DNA from: an uncultured Oligoflexales bacterium
GTDB taxonomy: Bacteria > Bdellovibrionota_B > Oligoflexia > Oligoflexales > CAZZCU01
Reading direction: 5' to 3'
NCBI GenBank assembly: GCA_964652825.1
Contig: CAZZCU010000004.1
Span: forward strand, 47,818-111,817
DNA: 64,000 nt
Within the stretch, counting starts at the first letter, position 1; every line of letters starts with the position of its first letter. Positions 55,786 to 64,000 of the stretch are shown here, in pieces. The notes under the pieces are model-generated. The model made no database searches and was not told the origin of the DNA. It saw only the letters and a program-made list of their open reading frames with translations. Position numbers and translations under genes: made by a program.

Positions 55786-56475
55786 TTAGATGCGGCTATT
55801 GGGGCCGGCGGGTTTTGTGCGTGGATTAAAACGGTTACCGGCCGGTACGAGGACATCGACGGGCGGGGCGATCACATCAAGAGTGCGGCCAAAATAATTT
55901 TGGGAAAGTTCCATATAACGCCGACGAATGTAGAAAAAATAACGCTTTGTGTTGCGCGTTTGATCAAGCGCGCGCGCCAGTACGAACAGGCCGCGCATAT
56001 TACGATGAAAATAGTCCTGTTGCTCTTGCAGACTGGCGCGTTTGGTGTCGTTTTCCATACCCCAGTCGAGCACGCTCATCGAGTAGTAGAAGCACCAGTG
56101 GTAAAAATTGGTTTTGCTGGTAACGGACTCACGCATCATATCGATGGCTTCGACCATCGCCTCGTCATTGGCGATTTGGGTACCGATCACCGCTAAATCG
56201 CTACGGCAATTGTTTAAGTGATTTTTGCTTGGGATCTTCTTGGTCATGACCAGACGATTGGTGTGCCAGGCGTCGGGGATGATTGGATGTGGCAGCGTGG
56301 TTTTGGGATTATTGGTTGCTGTTCCATCGCTATAAGCATCATCGTCGCTGATTTCGTCAGTTGCTTGCTGGTTCTTCTGAAAAAGCGCGCAACCACTGAG
56401 GGTTGACCATAACGATACCAACACCGCAGCGATCAGGACGCGGTGATGGGGCCATTGGTGAATGCGCAAAATCAC
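55786..56475 (-). CDS. Lipoprotein of unknown function (helical)
   Basis: Lipobox STLSGC. 229 aa. No domain recognised. Confidence 0.5.
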   Translation of the reverse strand: MILRIHQWPHHRVLIAAVLVSLWSTLSGCALFQKNQQATDEISDDDAYSDGTATNNPKTTLPHPIIPDAWHTNRLVMTKKIPSKNHLNNCRSDLAVIGTQIANDEAMVEAIDMMRESVTSKTNFYHWCFYYSMSVLDWGMENDTKRASLQEQQDYFHRNMRGLFVLARALDQTRNTKRYFFYIRRRYMELSQNYFGRTLDVIAPPVDVLVPAGNRFNPRTKPAGPNSRI

Positions 56476-56634
56476 GATTTATCTCCCGGTTTATCGCGGC
56501 AAGGTTTGCTACCACGCCGCGATTAGTTATCGGCTCAAACCGCTGGAGACTGAGAATGAGATTTAGTTGTTTTTATAAGATATTGAAATTAATGATTTTT
56601 TTATCATGTTGAACCAAAGACGAAACATCTCGAT

Positions 56635-57486
56635 CTAGTACCAGCCGCCGCTGCTGACGCCGAGGTAAAGAAAGGTTTTGCCTTTGCCAAATTGTACGCC
56701 GGACATGATGTTGGCGGCGATGGCACCGAAGTAAACGTTGAGAAAATGCGCCTCAGCCCAAAGACCGGGGGAGTCGAAGGCAACGGCCTTGTTGTTAAAA
56801 TCATCATCAACATCGGGTAGGCCACGCGGAGTTTTTGCAAATCGGCTTTGCGCGGCGATGCCGGCAGCGAGCAGATAACCACGCCGGCTGTACTGCGATG
56901 GTGATTTGTCAGCGGCATCATCCGCGGGAATTTCTTTGCGGCCGGCACTAAGTTTGCCAATGGCCACCATCGGGCCAAGATATAAGAAACCAAACCGTCC
57001 AGGGGTGTCGCGATAAACTCCAGCGCCGGTGAAATTCGCCAGACGCAGGCCATAATGAAAATGCAGATCAGTGTTTTTAATGGGTGTTGGTTCGCGCCGG
57101 TAAGCATGAATTAAGACGCTGGGCTCAGACGCATAGTTTTTGCGGGGTGCTTTGGTCAAAATGGTTGAGAGTACTAAAGATGCTGTGATGCTGAATTCCA
57201 TGGGGCGTTCAGCAATGGCTTCCTCGCGCAATTTTTGATCGCGAACAACCGACGGCGATGGGGCGGGCGGCTGCGCTTTGGCTTCCTGTTCCAGGCGTTG
57301 TTGGCGACGTTCATCCACGTCAGCTTTAATATCACTTGGGTGGCGCTTGGTCGGGATTTTTGGTCGCGGCGGCTCCGGCAACAATATCGCGTCACCTTGG
57401 GCGTACGCAATCGGTGTTAACACTGAAGGCGTCAAAATCATGACTAGCAACACTAAGCAGCTTTTACCCAGCACTTTTCTTCCCAT
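56635..57486 (-). CDS. Secreted protein / probable small beta-barrel OMP
   Basis: Signal peptide ...TPIAYA, a charged Pro-rich linker, then a Gly/aromatic-rich region ending ...LGVSSGGWY. Confidence 0.5.
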   Translation of the reverse strand: MGRKVLGKSCLVLLVMILTPSVLTPIAYAQGDAILLPEPPRPKIPTKRHPSDIKADVDERRQQRLEQEAKAQPPAPSPSVVRDQKLREEAIAERPMEFSITASLVLSTILTKAPRKNYASEPSVLIHAYRREPTPIKNTDLHFHYGLRLANFTGAGVYRDTPGRFGFLYLGPMVAIGKLSAGRKEIPADDAADKSPSQYSRRGYLLAAGIAAQSRFAKTPRGLPDVDDDFNNKAVAFDSPGLWAEAHFLNVYFGAIAANIMSGVQFGKGKTFLYLGVSSGGWY

Positions 57487-57698
57487 TTTTTTCGCGATCG
57501 TCTTTCGTTAGACTTTAACTATAGACGATAACTACAGACGAACAAACGACACAATCGTTGCTCGGCTTTGTACTCCTGGCGTTCTTCCGCCAAGTTTACT
57601 CGTCAACGTCTTTTCCAGCAAGCAATTCACTTCATGTCAGACGACAACCGCGCTGCCCGGACGGCAGGCGGAGTCGAGATCTTCAGGGAGATGCATGT

Positions 57699-58874
57699 AT
57701 GCGTAAGGATTTGTCGCCGAAAGATTACGAGTCAACCGCGAACTCGGCGCAACCGCTAAACGATGCGTTGTTGCAGTTTTTGGCTGGCTCGGGTGCGCCC
57801 GCAGCGCCGGCGCCGTCGATTATCTCGGCACGTTTGTGCAAGTTGGCGGCGATTTTTGGCATCGGTGCCGCGGTGTATGGCGGCTGGTTGGTGTCACAGC
57901 AACAGCTACAGGCCAGCAAAGAGCCGCAGCAGGTTTACTTTGAGGCGCGTGTGATGGATGCCACGGGACATCCGGTTGCCGGCGCGACAGTGAGCATCGG
58001 TGCAAAGGTTTATGGAGTCACCGATAGTTTCGGTGAGTGGCGGCGTTTTCTGCGCACGCGTTTGGGCAGTACTGTCACCATGAAAATCGAAAAAAAATTG
58101 CCGAACGAAACATTGTCGATTTCCAAACATTTAGTTGTGCCGCTACGTACTGCCAAGGCAGGCGATACGCAGGTTAAAACGAGTTTGCAATTTGCTGGCA
58201 AAGAAGCCAAGGGTAACGACACCGTCGCCCCGGTGGCAGCGACGCCAGTGCAAGTACCAGCTCCAGTTCAAGTCCCAGCAGTGGAGCCAGTAGCAGCGCC
58301 AGTGCGGACGGTAGTCGCTGAGGAAAAGGGTGTTGAGCAATGGACCTTTGCCGATCAGATGCGCGCGAAGCAACTACGCGAGAATGTTGTGCCGCTGCTG
58401 CAAAACAAATTAAGCGAAGCGGCATTGCGGCTAAAAGCCTTGCGTGTTCGGCATCTTGCGGTGAAGGGTGGCCTTGGGTTGATTCTGGTGCAGTTTGAAG
58501 ATGCGGCTGCGCCCGGCAAAGTTCATAAATTGTTACGTAACTATACCAATGATCCGCAGCAGACCGCCGCGGCGATTGTTGTCGCTGCGCAACAAGTACT
58601 TGCAGGTGGTCGCAGCCAACGTGACTATCAGCGCGTACGCGTACCAGTATACGGTCGTCTTCCTGCCGATGCGCACGTTTTTGCTTCGGGCTTCGTCGGC
58701 GAAAAACGTTCGGAACATGATTACGAAATCTGGGGACCGCGTAACGGTGAGATCAATCTGACCATCGTTTCGCCTGATGGTATCCGCTACCGCAATCGCG
58801 TCACCATCAACAACGGTGTCGCACGACCCGTACATCTTCCCGCCGCCAGCGTGGCGAGCCGCCTGAACCAGTAG
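57699..58874 (+). CDS. Membrane-anchored protein with a carboxypeptidase-regulatory-like (CarboxypepD_reg) beta-sandwich
   Basis: ATG 57699 follows AGGGAG. TM helix AAIFGIGAAVYGGWLV. VMDATGHPVAGATVSIGAKVYGVTDSFGEWR is typical of CarboxypepD_reg. A PVQVPAPVQVPA repeat is present. Confidence 0.5.
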   Translation: MRKDLSPKDYESTANSAQPLNDALLQFLAGSGAPAAPAPSIISARLCKLAAIFGIGAAVYGGWLVSQQQLQASKEPQQVYFEARVMDATGHPVAGATVSIGAKVYGVTDSFGEWRRFLRTRLGSTVTMKIEKKLPNETLSISKHLVVPLRTAKAGDTQVKTSLQFAGKEAKGNDTVAPVAATPVQVPAPVQVPAVEPVAAPVRTVVAEEKGVEQWTFADQMRAKQLRENVVPLLQNKLSEAALRLKALRVRHLAVKGGLGLILVQFEDAAAPGKVHKLLRNYTNDPQQTAAAIVVAAQQVLAGGRSQRDYQRVRVPVYGRLPADAHVFASGFVGEKRSEHDYEIWGPRNGEINLTIVSPDGIRYRNRVTINNGVARPVHLPAASVASRLNQ

Positions 58875-58972
58875 GAGTAGGTCGTCGTTTTTCGGCTGAC
58901 CCTGCGGCATAAACGGTCTAAGATGCGACGTTCGCGCTTTAAATCGGATTGTCAGTCGTTTGGGGGTCGTGG

Positions 58973-60565
58973 TTGAAGACCGAAGTTTTGATTACTGGTG
59001 TATTGCATGACAGTGCCGTCCAACGTTTAACCGCGCAAAAACATCTTCATGTCGTTTACCGTCCCGACGTTCCGCGCAGCGAATTGCTGGCGTTGATGGC
59101 GAAAGCCCAGGTTTTAATCAGTCGCAGTGAAACCGATGTCGATAAAACCGTGATCGACGCGGCGCCGGAATTAAAAGTTATCGCGCGCGCCGCGGTTGGT
59201 ATTGGCAATATCGATGTCGAGTATGCCACGCAACGCGGCATCCTGGTCATTAATTGTCCCGGACAAAATACTAATTCCGCTGCTGAGCTGACCTTGGGGT
59301 TGTTGCTGGCGATGTTGCGTAATATTCCTCCTGCCGGCATGCATGTAAAAGCTGGTGGCTGGGATCGTCATCGTTTCAGCGGTCGGGAGTTGCGCGGTAA
59401 GCGCATCGGTATCGTTGGTTTGGGCAACGTCGGTCATCGTGTTGCGAAGTTCGCGCACGGCTTTGATATGATTGTCGGTGGCTATGATCCCTACATCGCG
59501 CCAGAAGTGTTTCAGCGTTACGATGCGATTCCCTATAAAACTCTAAAAGAACTGGCCGCGCACTGCGATATTTTAAGCTTTCACGTGCCGCTCAATAAAG
59601 AAACGCGCAACATGATGACGCGCGAAGTGTTGGAGGCAATGCCGCGTGGCGGTTATCTGTTGAATGTTGCGCGCGGCGGTATTGTTGATGAGACGTTGCT
59701 GGTGGAGATGCTCGATAAACAGCATCTGGCTGGCGCTGCCGTTGATACGTTTGTCAGTGAGCCGACGCCGTTGCCGGCATTAGTGAAACATCCGGCTGTC
59801 TGGTGCACGCCACATATCGGTGCTTCCACTTTGGAGGCGCAGATTGCGATCGGCAACACCGTCGTCGATCAGGTTCTCAAAGCTGTCGAGGGACTGGTTG
59901 TTGATTATCCTGTCAACCTGCCGGCGGTGGGCATCATCGATAATCCCCTGCTCAAAGCTTATGCGGTGTTGGCGGAAAAACTCGGTGCGATGGTCGGGCA
60001 AATGCTGGAATTCAATCCGACTAAGGTCGAGCTGAATTATCGCGGCGATCTGGCGAAGCTGGATTCCTCGTTGATTCGTTTGAGTTGGACGCGTGGTTAT
60101 ACGGCGCAGATCGTGGATGCTTATGTGTCTTTTGTGAATGTGAATCAGCATTTCTCCAAGCTTGGTATCAAAGTCGAGGAGCGACTCGATCCAAGTTTTG
60201 AAAGCTACAAGTCAGCACTAAAAGTGGTGGTGTCGGGTGGTAAGGGCGAGAAGCTGGTGATCGGCGGCATCGTCTTTGATGATCGTTACCTGCGGGTTTC
60301 TTTGATCAATGATTATTATTTTGAAGTTGAGCCAAGCGGCACCTTGTTGGCGATCGAGAATCACGATCGCCCTGGCGTGATTGGTGATGTCGGACATTTT
60401 CTGGCGGCGCGTGGCGTCAACATTGATACTTTTGCCCTAAGTCGTAACCGCAAGGGTGGGATGGCGATGGCGCTGATTCGTATTGATACCGAGATTGCAG
60501 CCGACGATTTGAGCGCCATGCTGGCGATTCCAAATATCGTCTCGGCAAAGTCGATCGTTCTCTAG
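58973..60565 (+). CDS. serA: D-3-phosphoglycerate dehydrogenase (long form with ASB and ACT domains)
   Basis: NAD motif GIVGLGNVGHRVA. Catalytic region NVARGGIVDE...TPHIGAST. C-terminal ACT (ENHDRPGVIGDVGHFLAARGVNI). The start is uncertain (TTG 58973 giving MKTEVLITG, or the track's 58949). Confidence 0.9.
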   Translation: MKTEVLITGVLHDSAVQRLTAQKHLHVVYRPDVPRSELLALMAKAQVLISRSETDVDKTVIDAAPELKVIARAAVGIGNIDVEYATQRGILVINCPGQNTNSAAELTLGLLLAMLRNIPPAGMHVKAGGWDRHRFSGRELRGKRIGIVGLGNVGHRVAKFAHGFDMIVGGYDPYIAPEVFQRYDAIPYKTLKELAAHCDILSFHVPLNKETRNMMTREVLEAMPRGGYLLNVARGGIVDETLLVEMLDKQHLAGAAVDTFVSEPTPLPALVKHPAVWCTPHIGASTLEAQIAIGNTVVDQVLKAVEGLVVDYPVNLPAVGIIDNPLLKAYAVLAEKLGAMVGQMLEFNPTKVELNYRGDLAKLDSSLIRLSWTRGYTAQIVDAYVSFVNVNQHFSKLGIKVEERLDPSFESYKSALKVVVSGGKGEKLVIGGIVFDDRYLRVSLINDYYFEVEPSGTLLAIENHDRPGVIGDVGHFLAARGVNIDTFALSRNRKGGMAMALIRIDTEIAADDLSAMLAIPNIVSAKSIVL

Positions 60566-60616
60566 CTGCCGTGGTAAAATTAAAGCAGCTTTCTAAGAAC
60601 AATGATCTTTAAAGAA

Positions 60617-60693
60617 TGGAGCGGGAAAAGGGACTCGAACCCTCGACCTTCGCGATGGCAACGCGACGCTCTAGCCAACTGAGCTACTCCCGC
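60617..60693 (-). tRNA. tRNA-Gly (anticodon GCC), CCA encoded
   Basis: The reverse complement reads GCGGGAGTAGCTCAGTTGGCTAGAGCGTCGCGTTGCCATCGCGAAGGTCGAGGGTTCGAGTCCCTTTTCCCGCTCCA. The cloverleaf folds by hand: 7-bp acceptor stem, D arm GCTC/GAGC, anticodon stem TCGCG/CGCGA with loop TTGCCAT, and T-loop TTCGAGT. Confidence 0.95.
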
Positions 60694-60745
60694 ATCGGAG
60701 TACCTCTTAATAATGAAATCGGTGCTTTAGTGTCAAGGACTTCTC

Positions 60746-61333
60746 ATGATGATGCGACAACTTCGTAAAAAAATGGCGCACGGCTGGGTCTGGCTAGGGG
60801 GCAAAAAAACCGAGGGGCCGATCGCTGGCTCGGGCAGTCAAGCCAAGGCTTTGATGAAGTCAGCACCGGAGCGTTTGAGCCTGAATTATCGGGTCATGAC
60901 CGATCCAGAACGTATCGATCATCTTTTTTTCCGGCTGCGTGATGATTTCTACGGTTTGATCGAAAAACACCGGCGCGCACGTCAGGGGGCATCGCCGTTT
61001 ATTCGCGAAGCAGGACGCTTGCCGCCGGATCGTCCGTATTTTTATTTGAAGCCGCTAAACGAGCCGGGATGGTTGTTTGAGCGATCCGGGCAGGGTTGGA
61101 CCGTGTCGCGTGCCGAGAAGATCGTCAGCAAAGACACTTTTGTCCGCACATCGCAAGTCTGGGATCAGGTGGTGTTGCACGAGTCAGAGCCCGGAGTGGC
61201 GGCATTGCCACGTGTTTCCTCGCCACAGCTTGGTGCCGAGATGGTGAGTTTTGGTATCTATCAGGACCTGCTGCTGCGCAGTTTGGGTCTGGGCCTTGAG
61301 TCTGGCTCCGCGCGTGCGGGAGAGTCGCGGTGA
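60746..61333 (+). CDS. Hypothetical cytoplasmic protein
   Basis: 195-aa ORF with no TM helix or signal peptide. GTGA overlap with the next gene. No domain recognised. Confidence 0.45.
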   Translation: MMMRQLRKKMAHGWVWLGGKKTEGPIAGSGSQAKALMKSAPERLSLNYRVMTDPERIDHLFFRLRDDFYGLIEKHRRARQGASPFIREAGRLPPDRPYFYLKPLNEPGWLFERSGQGWTVSRAEKIVSKDTFVRTSQVWDQVVLHESEPGVAALPRVSSPQLGAEMVSFGIYQDLLLRSLGLGLESGSARAGESR

Positions 61334-61968
61334 CTTGGCAATCACGTCTGCGAGCGGTCATAGTTGGTTGCGGGCTCCTTGGGGGGGCGCTGCCGGCGCT
61401 GGGCGGTGTTTTGCTGATTCCGGCCGTGCGCTGGCAAAGCTATGCGTTTCGCCCGTTGGCGGCGGAAGCCACGCCCAACTACTATGGCTACGGCGCCGGC
61501 TTAACCTTTGGTTATTCATTCAATCAGGTGGTGGATACCGCCATCTTCACCTCTTACAGCCCCGGGACCTTAAAGCAGGCGAAGTTTCTCGAAGAAGACG
61601 CCGTCTTGATCAGTTACGGTGGCGAAGTTGCGTTACGTCTATTCCAGACAGTCTATGTCGCCGTGCGTGCAGGCGAGTTTACCTATCGCTTGCTCACGCC
61701 GACACGGGCGGACGAGGTCCAGGGACGCTGGCGCGGGCCGGGCGTCGGGTTTTCATTAGGCGCGCAGCGTCTCTTTGCCAAGCACAGCGGCTTTCAGGCC
61801 AGTGTGGACGTCACTTACGCGACCATGAGCCGAGCGGATGCCGCCGCAGATGAGAAACGAAAAATCGATGCTTTCAGTCTAACACTTGCCTATGTCTTCA
61901 ACGCCAACGATAATCTCTTTAAAGGTGGCGCGTTTCGCGACTTCATTCATTCTTTTTCGGCCTTTTGA
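61330..61968 (+). CDS. Small outer-membrane beta-barrel protein
   Basis: Signal-like N-terminus, alternating Gly/aromatic strands (YYGYGAGLTFGYSF, VDVTYATM, FSLTLAYVF), ending ...HSFSAF. Confidence 0.5.
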   Translation: MTWQSRLRAVIVGCGLLGGALPALGGVLLIPAVRWQSYAFRPLAAEATPNYYGYGAGLTFGYSFNQVVDTAIFTSYSPGTLKQAKFLEEDAVLISYGGEVALRLFQTVYVAVRAGEFTYRLLTPTRADEVQGRWRGPGVGFSLGAQRLFAKHSGFQASVDVTYATMSRADAAADEKRKIDAFSLTLAYVFNANDNLFKGGAFRDFIHSFSAF

Positions 61969-61986
61969 GCAGTCTTGGGGTAGTGC

Positions 61987-62613
61987 ATGGGATTTAATAT
62001 TGTCGATAAGTTAATGGGTTTGACTCTGCTCGGTAGTGAGTGGGTGTTGTGGCTGCTGATTATTTTAAGCATTGTGTCGGTGGCGATTACTTTGGAGCGC
62101 GTGCTATTTTTTTACAAGATGCGTCTCAACTTTCCGCAGTTCGCCGAAGCATTGTCGTCGGATTTGCAGCGCAATGATATCGCTGCCGCCAAGCACCGTT
62201 GCGAGGGTAATCCTGCGATTGAATGTCAGGTGGCTTTGCGCGCATTGAATCAAGGTGATCGTGGTGTTAAGGCGATGGAAGAATCGATGTCGGGTTTTTT
62301 GATCGGCGAGCGACAATATCTCGATCGCGGTCTGGTGGTGCTTGGTACACTTGGTAACAATGCGCCGTTTATTGGTTTGTTCGGTACGGTGATCGGGATT
62401 ATTCAGGCGTTTCATGCGCTGGCTGCGAATCCCGCTGGCGGTCCATCAGTGGTGATGGCCGGGATTTCCGAGGCGCTGATTGCAACCGCTGTTGGTTTGT
62501 TGGTGGCGATTCCCGCGGTTATTGCGTTCAATGGTTTTCAACGCGTGGTCAAGCGACGAATCGCCAACTCCGAGGCGGTGATCAAATTGATTTCCGCGCA
62601 GTATCATTCGTAA
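61987..62613 (+). CDS. MotA/TolQ/ExbB-family proton channel
   Basis: Three TM helices with the conserved block LGTLGNNAPFIGLFGTVIGIIQAF...GISEALIATAVGLLVAIPAVIAFN. Confidence 0.85.
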   Translation: MGFNIVDKLMGLTLLGSEWVLWLLIILSIVSVAITLERVLFFYKMRLNFPQFAEALSSDLQRNDIAAAKHRCEGNPAIECQVALRALNQGDRGVKAMEESMSGFLIGERQYLDRGLVVLGTLGNNAPFIGLFGTVIGIIQAFHALAANPAGGPSVVMAGISEALIATAVGLLVAIPAVIAFNGFQRVVKRRIANSEAVIKLISAQYHS

Positions 62614-62650
62614 TTTAGTCGTGCAATAGCCCCAGGGGGCGAGGTGAGTT

Positions 62651-63055
62651 ATGTCAGGCGGTACTGATAACAGTGATGACGAAATCACCGGGATTAACGT
62701 GACACCTTTGGTGGACGTGATGCTGGTGTTATTGATTATTTTCATGGTCACGGCGACTTATATTGCCAATCAGGCCATCGGTGTTAATTTGCCAAAAGCC
62801 GCCAGTGGCGAAGACCCGGGGGCGAAAAATCTGGCTTTTGTTCTTGATAAGGATGAAAACCTGTTTATGAATGGCACAGCGATCAGTTTTGACAACCTGG
62901 CTGCGCTGATCGGCGAAGAACGCAGCAAAAAAGCTGATTTACAGGCATTGATTTCCGCCGACCGGGAGACTCCGCACGGCGCCGTTATAAAACTCATTGA
63001 TGGCATTCGCAGAAACGGTATAACGGAATTTGCCATTAACGTGGAATCTATGTAA
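62651..63055 (+). CDS. ExbD/TolR-family protein
   Basis: INVTPLVDVMLVLLIIFMV, with the conserved TM Asp, followed by a periplasmic domain (..ISADRETPHGAVIKLIDGIR..). Confidence 0.85.
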   Translation: MSGGTDNSDDEITGINVTPLVDVMLVLLIIFMVTATYIANQAIGVNLPKAASGEDPGAKNLAFVLDKDENLFMNGTAISFDNLAALIGEERSKKADLQALISADRETPHGAVIKLIDGIRRNGITEFAINVESM

Positions 63056-63105
63056 TTAATTCTGCTGGCGTTTTTGGCTGGTCTCTGATGCGGAAATGAT
63101 CACTC

Positions 63106-64000
63106 TTGGCGCACCTCGACAACAACTCGCCGCTGACTCGCGATGACTGCCGCCAGGTGGTGGAAGAGTCTGTATTCCGTTTGCGTCCCCCCGATTATTG
63201 CAGCAAATACCCGAAATGGCCCGGACAGGTTGGACTGGAGATCGAAGTGCTCGCTTTGCGCGGACACGCGCTCGATCAGTACGGCAAACCAGCGTTAGTG
63301 TCGTTGCATGAAGGGCAGGCGAATCTGGGTACGGCTATTGAGAAGATCGCCTCTGATCAAGGCTGGAACTGCGATTATTTTCCGGAAGATAAACAGACCG
63401 GCACGCCGCAGATGCTAAAAGGCGCCAAACTACAACACGGCGACAATCTGAGTTTTGAGCCTGGTGGTCAATTTGAATATTCATCGATTCCCTATCCTTG
63501 TTTAAATGATGCCCTGAAACGCATGACTGATGTTCAGGCGATTTTCGCCACGCATCTGTCCGAGTTTGATATCGGTTTGTTGCAGGTAGGTATGAATCCC
63601 TGGCAGACGCCGGATGAGGTTGGTCTGCAAATGCCAAAAGCGCGTTATCGCGCCATGGATCAGTATTTTCGACGGATCGGTCCTTATGGACCGCGGATGA
63701 TGCGGCAGACGTGTACGGTGCAGGTGAATCTGGATTTCGGGCCGGATGGAAGCACGCTAGCAAAACGCTATTTGCTCGGGCATTTATTGGCACCGATTGC
63801 GACAGCGACGTTTGCGAATTCGCCGATCGTCGATGGCAGACTTACCGACTATGCGAGTTTTCGGTCGTTGTGTTGGCGGCACATTGATCCGTTGCGTACC
63901 GGTGCACCCGATTTGACGATGATTGCCAAGACATTGACTAAGCAAGCTTGTGTGGATGCTTACCTGGATTTTTTGTTGGCGGCGCCGGTGATTTTCGTCA
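63106..64000 (+). CDS. Glutamate-cysteine ligase, plant/alpha-proteobacterial type (GCS2 family); 5' part, runs off the right edge
   Basis: Absent from the track (edge-truncated). My translation in the frame of nt 63100 reads ...WPGQVGLEIEVLAL...SFEPGGQFEYSSIPY...MPKARYRAMDQYF...RQTCTVQVNLDF...WRHIDPLRTG, with no stop to 64000. An in-frame TGA lies at 63097. The first candidate start is TTG 63106 (GTG 63157 is the alternative). Confidence 0.65.
   Translation, partial: MAHLDNNSPLTRDDCRQVVEESVFRLRPPDYCSKYPKWPGQVGLEIEVLALRGHALDQYGKPALVSLHEGQANLGTAIEKIASDQGWNCDYFPEDKQTGTPQMLKGAKLQHGDNLSFEPGGQFEYSSIPYPCLNDALKRMTDVQAIFATHLSEFDIGLLQVGMNPWQTPDEVGLQMPKARYRAMDQYFRRIGPYGPRMMRQTCTVQVNLDFGPDGSTLAKRYLLGHLLAPIATATFANSPIVDGRLTDYASFRSLCWRHIDPLRTGAPDLTMIAKTLTKQACVDAYLDFLLAAPVIFV

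Noticed and set aside
61251-61853. 200-aa ORF in an alternative + frame overlapping 60746-61333 and 61330-61968
   Set aside because: Its translation is Arg/Cys/Gly-rich with no motif. It is a by-product of locally high G+C. The two chosen frames have a GTGA coupling and OMP-like features.
60617-61968. Genomic island adjacent to tRNA-Gly, suggested by a GC-rich patch (my hand count gives about 60% G+C over 61321-61560 versus about 44% over 61981-62100)
   Set aside because: Hand counts fluctuate from 43 to 67% per 60 nt, and a pilM sample was also 57%, so the shift is not robust. The genes lie on the 5' side of the tRNA, not the usual 3' integration side. No integrase or repeated tRNA fragment is seen, and the genes are translationally coupled to exbBD.
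1-64000. Search for CRISPR arrays, long direct or inverted repeats, IS elements, integrases, phage genes, restriction-modification, toxin-antitoxin or other known defence modules
   Set aside because: Reading both strands, I saw no repeat-spacer periodicity, transposase/integrase/recombinase motifs, reverse transcriptase, or nuclease-ATPase defence signatures. The window looks like core chromosome with lineage-specific envelope genes. A small or highly divergent element could still be missed without computation.

Overview
Gene-dense chromosomal window from a Gram-negative bacterium, with about 58 protein genes and one tRNA-Gly(GCC). By eye it is near 50% G+C, with short, sharply AT-rich promoter islands. 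The gene content (pilMNOPQ, ThyX, leucine dehydrogenase, a plant-type glutamate-cysteine ligase, many lipoproteins and beta-barrel OMPs) would fit a Bdellovibrio/Oligoflexia-like or other deltaproteobacteria-type lineage, but that is only a guess. Recognisable housekeeping genes are a partial aminotransferase, rsmI, hsp20, sthA, rluD, an L,D-transpeptidase, a DsbA-like oxidoreductase, cystathionine beta-synthase, aroQ, pgeF/yfiH, malQ, htrA/degP, prlC, yggS, yfbR, ldh, mnmG, thyX, methylmalonyl-CoA epimerase, serA, an ExbB/ExbD pair and a partial gshA-like gene. I saw no rRNA, CRISPR array, transposase, integrase, phage, restriction-modification or toxin-antitoxin module, so this is not a classical mobile or defence island. 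The items most worth a second look are these. (1) A 791-aa protein (13477-15852) fuses two periplasmic FliF/SctJ-like ring-building repeats and a TM helix to a cytoplasmic FliG-like domain; it has no flagellar or T3SS neighbours and lies 2 kb from pilMNOPQ. (2) A roughly 180-nt multi-helix structured RNA candidate lies upstream of rsmI (753-965). (3) A domain-permuted PEP-utilising phosphotransferase is coupled to an MFS transporter (43216-46443). (4) Several uncharacterised envelope operons: two OMPs plus two lipoproteins at 53.7-57.5 kb, an LpoB-like cluster at 33.8-36.3 kb, and an ExbBD operon with an OMP at 60.7-63.1 kb. (5) AT-rich motifs and palindromes recur in promoter islands. All functional calls rest on by-eye motif recognition in the supplied translations. 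No database search was run.
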